From NCBI GenBank assembly GCA_964506785.1, contig CAZDME010000003.1:1-46830 (forward strand): 46,830 nucleotides of DNA, given 5' to 3'. This DNA is from an uncultured bacterium (GTDB taxonomy: Bacteria > CAZDME01 > JAYEMH01). Of the stretch, positions 30,656-40,012 are shown in pieces. The notes under the pieces are model-generated. The model worked only from the letters and a program-made list of their open reading frames with translations. It did not search any database and was not told where the DNA came from. Within the stretch, counting starts at the first letter, position 1, and each line of letters starts with the position of its first letter. Position numbers and translations under genes: made by a program.

Positions 30656-32710
30656 TTACTCCTTTTTCTCTTTTCTTTTTTGATATTCGGTAATTTTCTC
30701 CTGAGCAATCCGGGAAGGCACTTCTTCATAATGCGAAAAATCCATCGCATAGGTGCCCGTCCCTTGAGTAAGAGATTTCAAATCAGCCGCATACTTATAC
30801 ATCTGTGCCATAGGTACATGCGCCTTTATTGTCTGAATTCCTCCTTCTGTTTCTACCCCCATAATTTTCCCCCGGCGGCTGCTCAAATCCCCGGTAAGGT
30901 CTCCCAGATATTTTTCTTCGGCGCTCACTCTTACTTCCATTATCGGCTCTAAAAGAATAAGGCCGGCTTCGGTTACTCCCTTTTTCAAAGCCATAGAGCC
31001 GGCAATCTGAAAAGCCATATCAGAGGAATCAACTGGATGATAGGTGCCGTCATAAACAGTTACTTTTAAATTCACCAACGGATAGCCGGCTAATACGCCT
31101 TCTCTCATTGCTCCTTTAACGCCTTTTTCCACTGCCGGAATATATTTGGAAGGAACAGCTCCTCCAAAAATTTTATTTACAAATTCGAATTCTTGCCCTT
31201 GAGGCAAAGATTCAATTTCCAGCCAGACATCGCCGTATTGTCCACGTCCGCCGCTTTGTCTTTTAAACTTGCCTTGAACCTTTGCTCGTCCTTTAATTGT
31301 CTCCCGGTAGGCAATTTTAGGCTTCTCTAAGTTAACCTCCACCCCATACTTTCTCTTAATTTCCTTGATAATCGTCTCTAAATGCAATTCTCCCAATCCT
31401 TCAATAATTATCTGCCCGAATTCGTGGTCGATATGATATTTAAAAGTGGGGTCCTCCAGCATTACCGTAGAGAAAGCTGTACCCATTTTCTCCTGATCCT
31501 TTTTTTCCTTAGGAGTAACCGCTACCGAAGTGATTGGCGGCGGGAACTGGATGAATTCAAACTGCACCATATCTTTCGAAGAACACAAAGTATCCCCAGC
31601 CCTGGTATTTTTTAATTTTGTTAAAGCGGCGATATCGCCGGCGCTGACCTCACCAATATCCCGTCTTTGTTTACCCAGCATAGAGCAAATCTGCCCGATT
31701 TTTTCCTTCTGTCCTTTAGTCGAAATAAAAACCTCCGTGCCCGATTTTAATTCTCCGGAGAAAAGTTTCACATAAACCATTTCTCCTACATGAGGCTCGA
31801 TAAACGCCTTAAAACTTAAAGCAGTAAAAGGCGCGGTAAGCTCGACTTTCTTTTCTTCCTTCCCTCCGCTTTGAGATTTTATAGAAATCGTCCGATCAAC
31901 AGATGCCGGGAAGAAATTAACTATTGCTTCAAGCAATAAATCCACCCCTATGTTTTTTATAGCTGACCCGCAAAAAATAGGAAAAATTACCCTGCCCTTG
32001 ATCCCCTCCAGAAGAGTCTGAGAAAGCTTCTCTTCGGATAGCTCTTTTCCGTCAAGATACTCCTCTGTCAAAGCATCGTCTGTTTCTACAATAGACTCGG
32101 TTAACTTCTGCCCCAAAGATTCAGCTTTTTCTTTATTTTCGGCTGATAAGTCGCCGCTGCCATAAATCCTTTTATTCAACAAATTAATGACGCCTTTAAA
32201 ATCCGCTCCCTCTCCCAAAGGCATAGCCATAGGGACTATATGAGGGTTAAGCTGCTCCTGGCACATCTTGGAAATTGCCTCGAAATCGGCATTTTCTTTA
32301 TCCAGTTTATTGATAAAAAATGCGACTGGAATATTTAAATCTTTAGCAAACTGCCATAGCTTTCTGGTGTACATCTGTACTCCGGAAACACTGTCCAGGA
32401 CAATAAGCAGGCTTTCGATAACCGGCAAAACTCTTTTTACCTCCGCAACAAAATCAGGGAACCCCGGGGTGTCGATAAGATTTATCTTGCATCCCTGCCA
32501 TTCCAGAGGAAATATTTTAGAAAAAATAGTGGTCTTCCGTTCAGCTTCTTCTGGCTCGCTGTCAGCCACCGCTTTAGTCCCATCCAGTTTACTTAAACGT
32601 CCGATAATTTTGGCGTTATAAAGCATCCCTTCGATTAAAGAACTTTTCCCCGCACCCCCATGAGAAATAACCGCAATGTTTTTGATTTTTTCCGGACCGA
32701 ACTTTCTCAT
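30656..32710 (-). CDS. Elongation factor G paralog (EF-G II type)
   Basis: Full EF-G domain set; divergent GTPase motifs HGGAGKSS, RKTTI, DTPGFPDF, NKLD. Confidence 0.92.
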   Translation of the reverse strand: MRKFGPEKIKNIAVISHGGAGKSSLIEGMLYNAKIIGRLSKLDGTKAVADSEPEEAERKTTIFSKIFPLEWQGCKINLIDTPGFPDFVAEVKRVLPVIESLLIVLDSVSGVQMYTRKLWQFAKDLNIPVAFFINKLDKENADFEAISKMCQEQLNPHIVPMAMPLGEGADFKGVINLLNKRIYGSGDLSAENKEKAESLGQKLTESIVETDDALTEEYLDGKELSEEKLSQTLLEGIKGRVIFPIFCGSAIKNIGVDLLLEAIVNFFPASVDRTISIKSQSGGKEEKKVELTAPFTALSFKAFIEPHVGEMVYVKLFSGELKSGTEVFISTKGQKEKIGQICSMLGKQRRDIGEVSAGDIAALTKLKNTRAGDTLCSSKDMVQFEFIQFPPPITSVAVTPKEKKDQEKMGTAFSTVMLEDPTFKYHIDHEFGQIIIEGLGELHLETIIKEIKRKYGVEVNLEKPKIAYRETIKGRAKVQGKFKRQSGGRGQYGDVWLEIESLPQGQEFEFVNKIFGGAVPSKYIPAVEKGVKGAMREGVLAGYPLVNLKVTVYDGTYHPVDSSDMAFQIAGSMALKKGVTEAGLILLEPIMEVRVSAEEKYLGDLTGDLSSRRGKIMGVETEGGIQTIKAHVPMAQMYKYAADLKSLTQGTGTYAMDFSHYEEVPSRIAQEKITEYQKRKEKKE

Positions 32711-32825
32711 TTTTTACCCTTTCGTCAACCCCGCGAGATAACGCCCCGCTTTACCGCTTAAAGGCCCGCTTTTCACAGGATAAGTTAAATTTTTGTAGAC
32801 CTAATCTCCCTACTAACAGAGCCAG

Positions 32826-32854
32826 ATTATAACATATAGCTCATAGGGTGTAAA
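32826..32854 (-). promoter_or_regulatory. sigma70 promoter of EF-G2-yebC-ruv-que operon
   Basis: TTTACA-17 nt-TATAAT with extended -10 TG. Confidence 0.75.
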
Positions 32855-32880
32855 GCAATTTCTCGATCCGCAAAAACTTA

Positions 32881-32909
32881 TTGCCTTATATCCGCTTTTA
32901 GGCTATACT
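32881..32909 (+). promoter_or_regulatory. sigma70 promoter of lptFG
   Basis: TTGCCT-17 nt-TATACT, 10 nt before the ATG. Confidence 0.6.
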
Positions 32910-32919
32910 TCTAAATGAA

Positions 32920-34017
32920 ATGGCGCGTTTACAGATTTTGAGACGATATTTGTTGAAAGAATGGATAGGGGCTTTCCTTCTCTCCCTTTTAGTCTTTACC
33001 TTTGTCCTTTTCGTTGGAAATCTACTAAAACTGGCGGAGTTGATAGTTGGCAAAGGCGTAAATTTTATGCTAATTCTCAAATTGTTTATTCTCCAGCTCC
33101 CCTATTTCTTCAGCTACACAATTCCTATGTCAGTGATTTCTTCAAGTCTTCTCGCTTTTGGGAGGCTTTCAGCCGATAATGAAATTTTAGCTATACGGAT
33201 AAGCGGTATAAAACTCTCCTCTATCGTTATCCCTTTTATCTTTGTCGGGATGCTCCTGACTATTTCCGCCTTCACCATAAATAACAGCATTCTTCCTTAC
33301 ACTTACTCTCAAGCAAAAAGTATTGTCCGTAATCTTGGAACCGGTTTCCCGGTTCTCCCTCAATTTGACGAATCGGTATTAATAGATGAATTCGAAAATT
33401 ATAAAATTTACATCGGCCGGGTAGAAAAGCAAAAACTGAAAGATTTAACCATTATTTACAAACCGGATAAATCCAGTTCGCAGGTTATCTTTTCTGCTAA
33501 AGAAGGGATAATTTCCTCCCCGAAAGATAAGGGCACCATCTCCATAAAACTATTAGACGGCTCCATTCATGAATTGGACCTTAAAGATTGCCAGAAATAC
33601 CGCAAGATAAATTTTAGCCAGCACATCTTGAATCTACCGACGGAATTTACTTTAAGTTCCCAGAAAAAATTGAAAGAAATGAGTATTAGAGAGTTACGCT
33701 TTGCTTTAAGAAAAAGCAAAAATATTTTGGAGCGTTACCCCCTTTTTACCGAAATTCACAAAAAGATTTCTCTTTCTTTTTCCTGTTTGGTGTTTTTCCT
33801 TGTGGCTATCCCGCTGGGCATCCAGACAAAAAGAGCCGCGAAATCTACTAATTTTGGGTTAAGCCTGCTTTTAATTGTTACCTATTACCTTTTTCTTGTC
33901 GGCGGGAAAACTTTAGGCGAAAAAGGATTATTACCGCCGTATTTAGCTATGTGGCTGCCAAATATATTGATGGGAACTCTGGGGATCTTTCTTTTATACC
34001 GTCTTGAGGCAAAATAA
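32920..34017 (+). CDS. lptF: LPS export permease LptF
   Basis: 3 TM-periplasmic domain-3 TM; GRLSADNEILAIRISG; WLPN. Confidence 0.85.
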   Translation: MARLQILRRYLLKEWIGAFLLSLLVFTFVLFVGNLLKLAELIVGKGVNFMLILKLFILQLPYFFSYTIPMSVISSSLLAFGRLSADNEILAIRISGIKLSSIVIPFIFVGMLLTISAFTINNSILPYTYSQAKSIVRNLGTGFPVLPQFDESVLIDEFENYKIYIGRVEKQKLKDLTIIYKPDKSSSQVIFSAKEGIISSPKDKGTISIKLLDGSIHELDLKDCQKYRKINFSQHILNLPTEFTLSSQKKLKEMSIRELRFALRKSKNILERYPLFTEIHKKISLSFSCLVFFLVAIPLGIQTKRAAKSTNFGLSLLLIVTYYLFLVGGKTLGEKGLLPPYLAMWLPNILMGTLGIFLLYRLEAK

Positions 34018-35093
34018 TGACCATTATTGACCGCTATATCAGCAAAAGATTCATCCTCTGGGCTCTTCTTTTCTTGGTAACCTTTATTTTCCTTTATGAA
34101 ATCATCGATCTTTTTGAGCATCTGGACGAATTTCTCTCCGCTAAGGCCGATTTCAAAACTATCCTGGCATATTATCTCTTATTCATCCCGCCTATCTTTG
34201 TTCAGATTATTCCAGTGGCTATCCTCCTTAGCACCTTGTTCGTTTTGGGTTATATGACCCGGTTTAATGAAATTATTGCCCTTAAATCCTGCGGGGTAAG
34301 TTTATATCGTCTAATCCTGCCATTTATGAAATTAGCTTTGGGATTCTGTTTAGTGGCTTTTTTAATTAACGAAACCATTGTGCCGGTAAGTTTTTTCAAA
34401 CTAAATACAACTAAAGAAAAAAAATGGTCAACTGAAGCGCCGTCTAAAATTTTCCATGACCTCAGCTTTTACGGTCCTCAACGCCGGTTTTATTACGTTA
34501 AAACCTTTAATTATCCAGAGAAAACCATGGAAGGAATACTCCTTTTGGAATATTATCCTAATCGGACAATTAAAATTAGAATAGATGCCGAGAGGGCCTT
34601 CTGGCGGGGTGACAGCTGGCTTTTTAGGGAAGGGATTATCCGCTATTTTGATAAACAGGAATATTTAGTCGAAGAAGAACTCTTCAAGCAGAAAGAGATG
34701 CATTATAAAGAAAATCCGGAAGATTTTCTCCGCCAGCAAAAAAAATTGGAGACCATGAATTTGTTTACCTTGGCAAAGTACATTAATTATCTAAAAGAAT
34801 CCGGGTTTCATCCCCATCGAGAATTACTTGAGCTCCAGTACCGCTTTGCCTTTCCCTTAATCAGCTTTTTTATCATTCTTTTGGGTATCCCCTTTGCCTT
34901 AAAAATCCACAAAGGGGGCGTTCTTTACGGAGTAGGTATTTCCTTAAGCCTTTGCCTTTTTTACTATATCTGCATATCCCTCACTCTCGCCCTGGGCAAA
35001 CAAAGAGGGTTCCCTCCATTTCTATCTGCTTGGTCCGCCAACATTCTTTTTGGCGGAATCGGCCTTTATCTTTTGCGCCGCACCCCCAAATAA
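34017..35093 (+). CDS. lptG: LPS export permease LptG
   Basis: IIDRYI, NEIIALKSCG, AERAFW, AWSAN; 1-nt overlap with lptF. Confidence 0.85.
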   Translation: MTIIDRYISKRFILWALLFLVTFIFLYEIIDLFEHLDEFLSAKADFKTILAYYLLFIPPIFVQIIPVAILLSTLFVLGYMTRFNEIIALKSCGVSLYRLILPFMKLALGFCLVAFLINETIVPVSFFKLNTTKEKKWSTEAPSKIFHDLSFYGPQRRFYYVKTFNYPEKTMEGILLLEYYPNRTIKIRIDAERAFWRGDSWLFREGIIRYFDKQEYLVEEELFKQKEMHYKENPEDFLRQQKKLETMNLFTLAKYINYLKESGFHPHRELLELQYRFAFPLISFFIILLGIPFALKIHKGGVLYGVGISLSLCLFYYICISLTLALGKQRGFPPFLSAWSANILFGGIGLYLLRRTPK

Positions 35094-35121
35094 AAAAGGG
35101 ACACTAAAAAATGTCCCTTTT
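35094..35121. terminator. Bidirectional intrinsic terminator between convergent lptG and ahcY
   Basis: AAAAGGGACA-CTAAAAAA-TGTCCCTTTT. Confidence 0.8.
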
Positions 35122-35122
35122 G

Positions 35123-35200
35123 TTTAAAGTTTAATGTGTAAAGTGTAATGTAACCTTACATTTTTTCCATTCCACATTTAACATTACACATAACACAATG
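35123..35200. repeat. Heptamer array, inverted pair (TGTAATG / CATTACA)
   Basis: TTTAAAG TTTAATG TGTAAAG TGTAATG ... CATTCCA CATTTAA CATTACA CATAACA. Confidence 0.85.
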
Positions 35201-35205
35201 CTTTT

Positions 35206-36462
35206 TTACGTTCCTATCTCCCAGGATTTAAGATATTTTTTTTGCTCTCCGGTCAATTTATCTGCTTTTATACCCATACTTTTTAATTTTAAAAGGGCGA
35301 TTTTTCTATCTATTTTCTCCGGGACTGAATAAACCCTTTTGGTTAAAGATTGCCCGTGTTTTACCAAATATTCGACGGATAAAGCCTGGTTAGAAAAAGA
35401 CATATCCATAACCATAGCCGGATGCCCTTCGGCGGCAGCCAGATTAATCAAGCGTCCTTCGCCCAGCAGATTTATTCGGTTACCGTTGGCCAGCGTATAT
35501 TCGTCAACAAAACTTCTTGTCCTCCTTTTTCTCTGAGCTATCTTCTCTAAAGCCGGGATGTCTATTTCTACATTGAAATGTCCGGCATTAGCCAGAATCG
35601 CTCCATCCTTCATCAATTTAAAATGCTCTATTCTTAAAACACCGGTATCACCGGTTGAGGTTACAAAAAGCTCCCCTATTTTAGCCGCTTCCCGAAGAGG
35701 CAAAACTTGGTAACCGTCCATAACCGCCTCAAGGGCCCGAAGAGCGTCTACTTCAGTAATGATTACACGAGCGCCCATCCCCTGAGCTCGACGGGCAATA
35801 CCCCTTCCACACCAGCCATACCCGCAAACTACAAAGTTGCACCCGGCTATAAGGATATTGGTCGCCCTAAGGATTCCATCGATGGTACTCTGTCCGGTTC
35901 CGTAGCGATTATCAAAAAGATATTTGGTTTGGGCATCATTAATAGCAATAATCGGATAAGCCAAAACTTTATTTTCCTCCATGCTCCTCAGGCGAATAAC
36001 CCCGGTAGTTGTCTCTTCAGTCCCGCCAATTATTTTTTTAAGGAGAGGTCTCCTCTTAGAATGCAGGGTAGAAACTAAATCTGCGCCATCATCCATAGTA
36101 ATCTGGGGCTTTATCGCTAAGACGCTTTCAATATGTTTATAATACAGGCTGTTGTTTTCTCTTTTAATAGCAAAAACCGGTATTTTATCATCTTTTACCA
36201 AAGAAGCGGCGACGTCATCCTGAGTGCTCAAAGGATTAGAAGCACAAAGTTCGACCTCCGCTCCACCGGCCTTTAAAACTTTGACCAAATTAGCCGTTTC
36301 TGTCGTCACATGCAGGCAGGCAGAAATTTTTATCCCCTTTAAAGGTTTTTCTTTAGAAAATCTCTTTTTCACCAAAGATAAAACAGGCATATATTCTCTC
36401 GCCCATTCAACCCTTAATTTCCCTTTTTTGGCTAACTTTATATCCGCAATATCATAATTCAC
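35206..36462 (-). CDS. ahcY: Adenosylhomocysteinase
   Basis: [36 protein letters not shown]. Confidence 0.98.
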   Translation of the reverse strand: MNYDIADIKLAKKGKLRVEWAREYMPVLSLVKKRFSKEKPLKGIKISACLHVTTETANLVKVLKAGGAEVELCASNPLSTQDDVAASLVKDDKIPVFAIKRENNSLYYKHIESVLAIKPQITMDDGADLVSTLHSKRRPLLKKIIGGTEETTTGVIRLRSMEENKVLAYPIIAINDAQTKYLFDNRYGTGQSTIDGILRATNILIAGCNFVVCGYGWCGRGIARRAQGMGARVIITEVDALRALEAVMDGYQVLPLREAAKIGELFVTSTGDTGVLRIEHFKLMKDGAILANAGHFNVEIDIPALEKIAQRKRRTRSFVDEYTLANGNRINLLGEGRLINLAAAEGHPAMVMDMSFSNQALSVEYLVKHGQSLTKRVYSVPEKIDRKIALLKLKSMGIKADKLTGEQKKYLKSWEIGT

Positions 36463-36480
36463 AATTTCCTCCTTAGGTTT

Positions 36481-36556
36481 TACTCTGTCCCCTGCTTTCT
36501 GTCTTCTGTTTTCTGTCCTCTGTCTTCTGTCCTCTCTCTACTCTACACTTTACACT
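36481..36556. repeat. Heptamer array, 8 x TYYTCTG then 2 x CTYTACA
   Basis: TACTCTG TCCCCTG CTTTCTG TCTTCTG TTTTCTG TCCTCTG TCTTCTG TCCTCTC ... CTCTACA CTTTACA. Confidence 0.92.
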
Positions 36557-36557
36557 A

Positions 36558-37715
36558 TTAAATCCCTGCCTCTTTTCTTAAAGTAGAAGCCAAGTCGGTC
36601 TTTTCCCAATTAAACCCAGCTTCTTCACGTCCAAAATGGCCGTAGCAGGCCGTTCGGCGATAAATCGGTTTTCTTAAATCGAGCAATTTTATAATCCCCC
36701 GGGGAGATAAGTCCAGGTGTTTACGGATAATCTTCACTATCCGGTCCTCAGGAATTTTCCCGGAATGGAAAGTGTTGATTAATAAAGAAACAGGTTGCAG
36801 TTCTCCTATGACATAAGCAATTTGAACTTCACATCTGTCTGCCAGATGGGCAGCAACAATGTTCTTAGCCAGATAACGGGCCATATAAGAAGCCGAACGA
36901 TCTACCTTGGTGGGATCTTTTCCCGAAAAGGCCCCGCCGCCATGAGTAGCCATTCCCCCATAGGTATCAACGATAATTTTTCGGCCGGTCATACCGGTAT
37001 CGCTTTGCGGCCCGCCAACCTCAAACTTACCCGTTGGATTAATGTGATAACGGACATTTTTATCGATCATTTTCGCAGGGATAATCTTTTTTATGACCTC
37101 TTCGATTATTCCCTCGTGAAGTTTCTTCTGTTTCCTTGGGGATGACATCTCCCGGGTATGCTGAGAAGAAACAACTACATCAAGCACACTAACCGGCTTA
37201 CCATTCTGATATTTAACCGTAACCTGGGATTTACCGTCTGGGCCTAAATAAGTAAGTATCCCCTTTTTCCTCACTTCTGTCAACCTTCTTACCAGCTTAT
37301 GGGCCGTCATAATTGGAAAAGGCATAAGTTCTTTCGTTTCCCGGCAGGCATAACCAACCATTAAGCCTTGATCCCCGGCTCCGCCTCGGTTTACCCCCAG
37401 GGCAATATCCGGTGACTGCCGGCTGATAGCCGCCAGCAATCCACAAGTTTTATAATTAAACCCGAAATCGGGATTGGTATATCCAACTTCTTCAATGAGT
37501 TTCCGGACTAAAATCGTTAAATCCACATAAGACTTTGTTGTAATTTCTCCCCCGACAATAACCAATCCAACCGTGACAAAGGTTTCACAGGCAACCCGTC
37601 CCATGGGATCCTCTTTCATAACTTTGTCTAAAACCGCGTCAGAAATCTGGTCACACAGCTTATCTGGATGTCCTTCGGTTACAGATTCTGAAGTAAAAAT
37701 AAAATCCCTTTTCAT
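36558..37715 (-). CDS. metK: S-adenosylmethionine synthetase
   Basis: [34 protein letters not shown]. Confidence 0.99.
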   Translation of the reverse strand: MKRDFIFTSESVTEGHPDKLCDQISDAVLDKVMKEDPMGRVACETFVTVGLVIVGGEITTKSYVDLTILVRKLIEEVGYTNPDFGFNYKTCGLLAAISRQSPDIALGVNRGGAGDQGLMVGYACRETKELMPFPIMTAHKLVRRLTEVRKKGILTYLGPDGKSQVTVKYQNGKPVSVLDVVVSSQHTREMSSPRKQKKLHEGIIEEVIKKIIPAKMIDKNVRYHINPTGKFEVGGPQSDTGMTGRKIIVDTYGGMATHGGGAFSGKDPTKVDRSASYMARYLAKNIVAAHLADRCEVQIAYVIGELQPVSLLINTFHSGKIPEDRIVKIIRKHLDLSPRGIIKLLDLRKPIYRRTACYGHFGREEAGFNWEKTDLASTLRKEAGI

Positions 37716-37786
37716 CCTTTCACACCCTCCTTTTGTATTTTGTTGATTGTTTTTAACTGTAAACTCGAAAATCCCGCTCCCGGAGA

Positions 37787-38824
37787 TTAATGGCGTTTAC
37801 TTACATTCAAAACTGACCCGGCAAACACAGAAATGTTTTCCTGGACATTTGCCGATAACCCAATGATACAATCTCTGAGTTCTACATTCTTAGCAATAAA
37901 AGCTTTATCCCAGACAATACATCGGCGAAGCCTCGCTCCTTTTTTCACTACGGATTGATTGCCTAAAACCGTATATTCGGAAAGGCTGGTATTTTTTTCA
38001 ATATGGCAGCCTTCGCCAATTACCAAAGGCCCTTTTAGTTTTGCCCTTTTATCGATAAAAGTGCCTTTACCAACCCAGATTTTTCGCCCAAGTTTCTCTC
38101 CAGGGATTCTTAAACCTACCTTTTCTTCTAAAATGTCGCTATGAACCCGGCGATACTCATGTAAATCTCCAATGTCACACCAATATCCTGAAGCTTTATA
38201 CCCATAAACGCCCTTACCCATCTTAACCAATTTAGGGAAAAGTTGATGCCCGAAATCAAATTCTAAAGATGCTGGAATAAACCTAAATATCTCCGGTTCT
38301 AAGATATAAATTCCGGTATTCACCCAGTTATGGAAAACATCTCCCCATTTAGGCTTTTCGATAAAACGATTAATCAACCCGTTTGCCCGAGTCAAAACAA
38401 TACCGTAGGGGAATTTAGCGTCTACAGGGGATAAAACAATCGTAGCCAGGGCTTTTCTCTTTTTATGAAAGGCTATGGCTTTAGCTAAATCTATATCCGT
38501 GACACCGTCGCCGCTGACTACTATAAAAGTTTCTTTGAAGTATTTTGAGGCCCTTTTAACTCCTCCAGCCGTCCCTTTGATTCTCTCTTCATATGAATAA
38601 TTGATTTCCATACCCATCTGCTCGCCCGTTTTAAGATAATTCTTAATCACCTTGGGCTGGTAGTGAAGATTAATGACTATCTCTCTGATGCCATATCTTT
38701 CCAAAAGATGAAGCATATGTTCAATGACCGGCTTGTTAACCACTGGTAACATTGGTTTTGGGAAAGCGTAGGTTAAGGGACGAAGTCTGGTCCCTATCCC
38801 CGCCGCCATTACCATTGCCTTCAT
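37787..38824 (-). CDS. NDP-sugar synthase (mannose-1-phosphate guanylyltransferase-like) with left-handed beta-helix
   Basis: [40 protein letters not shown] before ATG 38824. Confidence 0.88.
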   Translation of the reverse strand: MKAMVMAAGIGTRLRPLTYAFPKPMLPVVNKPVIEHMLHLLERYGIREIVINLHYQPKVIKNYLKTGEQMGMEINYSYEERIKGTAGGVKRASKYFKETFIVVSGDGVTDIDLAKAIAFHKKRKALATIVLSPVDAKFPYGIVLTRANGLINRFIEKPKWGDVFHNWVNTGIYILEPEIFRFIPASLEFDFGHQLFPKLVKMGKGVYGYKASGYWCDIGDLHEYRRVHSDILEEKVGLRIPGEKLGRKIWVGKGTFIDKRAKLKGPLVIGEGCHIEKNTSLSEYTVLGNQSVVKKGARLRRCIVWDKAFIAKNVELRDCIIGLSANVQENISVFAGSVLNVSKRH

Positions 38825-38846
38825 CCTGAATCCCTCCAGTTTAAGG

Positions 38847-38893
38847 AGTATCAAAGTGTCAAAGTATCAAACTGTCGAAGTTGCTTTGACACT
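38847..38893. repeat. Octamer tandem array with one inverted copy
   Basis: AGTATCAA AGTGTCAA AGTATCAA ACTGTCGA ... TTTGACACT. Confidence 0.8.
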
Positions 38894-39962
38894 ACACATT
38901 CCTACCAGCTAATTTCTTTTTTAATAAAGCGATTCGTTCTACCGGCGTCGGGTCTACCCCGTTCAATATAGCCAGATAGAAACTAACAAAATCTCCCAAG
39001 TTAATCAGGGAAAAAATTCTAGAAAGGCGCGATTTGCCTTTAGAGGAAACCTCGATTATCTTATAAGGGTAAGCTTTAAGCAGGGAGCGGGTGATATTCA
39101 TCCTTGTTTCATTTCTATAATAATCTTCTCTATCCTTTAAGATAATGATAACAAACTTTTTATAAAGCAATTTCTGTTCCTGCCACCCGACGATTTCGTT
39201 ATGGTCAAGCTCAGGGAAAAAGTGATGAAAAGAGAGGATTTTACTGTTTTCTGCCAGCTGCGTCCGCCAGCGATAAGCAACTGCCGAAGTAGTTTCAAAA
39301 CTTCCGTATATAACTGGAATCCGGCCGGATAAATTCCCGGCTACTTTTAAAGCCGGGTTGCCTTTTCTATTCTCGATGGCGAATTTTCGCCTTAATCCCT
39401 TGAGATTCCTGATTAGGTCTAGAAGATATCGGTCTTGATTGCCGATTAAACCGATTTTCTCTAAAACTAAAAGGGGAGGAATAGCAAGGTATCCTAAAGC
39501 CGCCCGGGGCGGTAATCCAGCCGGAATAGGAATAAGAGCAATCTTATCCTTTTTCGCCAGCGCTTTAAGCTTCCCGCCAGAAGTTATAGCGATGACCTTT
39601 GCCTTTTTTCTTCTGGCATCCTTATAGAGACTGAGCAATTCTTCCGTATTACCCGAATAGCTAATAGCAAAAACCAAGGTGTTTTTATCGACAAAAGAAG
39701 GCAGGGAATAACTTTGAACAACCTTAACAGGCAAATCTATTTCATCCTGAAGGTAAACCTGCAAAATGGCTCCGCTCATGGCTGAACCGCCCATACCAGC
39801 AAAGACAATTTTATTAACATTTTGAAACTGCCGGGCAGGACGAAAAACTCCTCCGATAGACCGGGCCTGCTGACATTGGTTGGGAAAATCAACAAGCAAC
39901 TGGTACATATTGCTTTTATCAAATTTTTCAATTAAACCGCGGCTCATTTTTTTAATTGGCAT
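38892..39962 (-). CDS. Bifunctional phosphoglucose/phosphomannose isomerase (start uncertain, 39947-39974)
   Basis: GMGGSA, SYSGNTEE, TSGG, PRAA, ENSK, PELDHNEIVG, DPTPV. Confidence 0.93.
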   Translation of the reverse strand: MPIKKMSRGLIEKFDKSNMYQLLVDFPNQCQQARSIGGVFRPARQFQNVNKIVFAGMGGSAMSGAILQVYLQDEIDLPVKVVQSYSLPSFVDKNTLVFAISYSGNTEELLSLYKDARRKKAKVIAITSGGKLKALAKKDKIALIPIPAGLPPRAALGYLAIPPLLVLEKIGLIGNQDRYLLDLIRNLKGLRRKFAIENRKGNPALKVAGNLSGRIPVIYGSFETTSAVAYRWRTQLAENSKILSFHHFFPELDHNEIVGWQEQKLLYKKFVIIILKDREDYYRNETRMNITRSLLKAYPYKIIEVSSKGKSRLSRIFSLINLGDFVSFYLAILNGVDPTPVERIALLKKKLAGRNV

Positions 39963-40012
39963 TTTCTTAATCACTCCTACCGTTAAAAGCTGCCCGTGAT
40001 AAACAGTAATTC

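Noticed and set aside
36481-36556. Periodic arrays as CRISPR
   Set aside because: Period is 7-8 nt with no repeat-spacer structure and no cas genes.
37716-37786. SAM riboswitch upstream of metK
   Set aside because: Spacer is only ~70 nt, lacks SAM-I core motifs, and holds only weak heptamer-like units.
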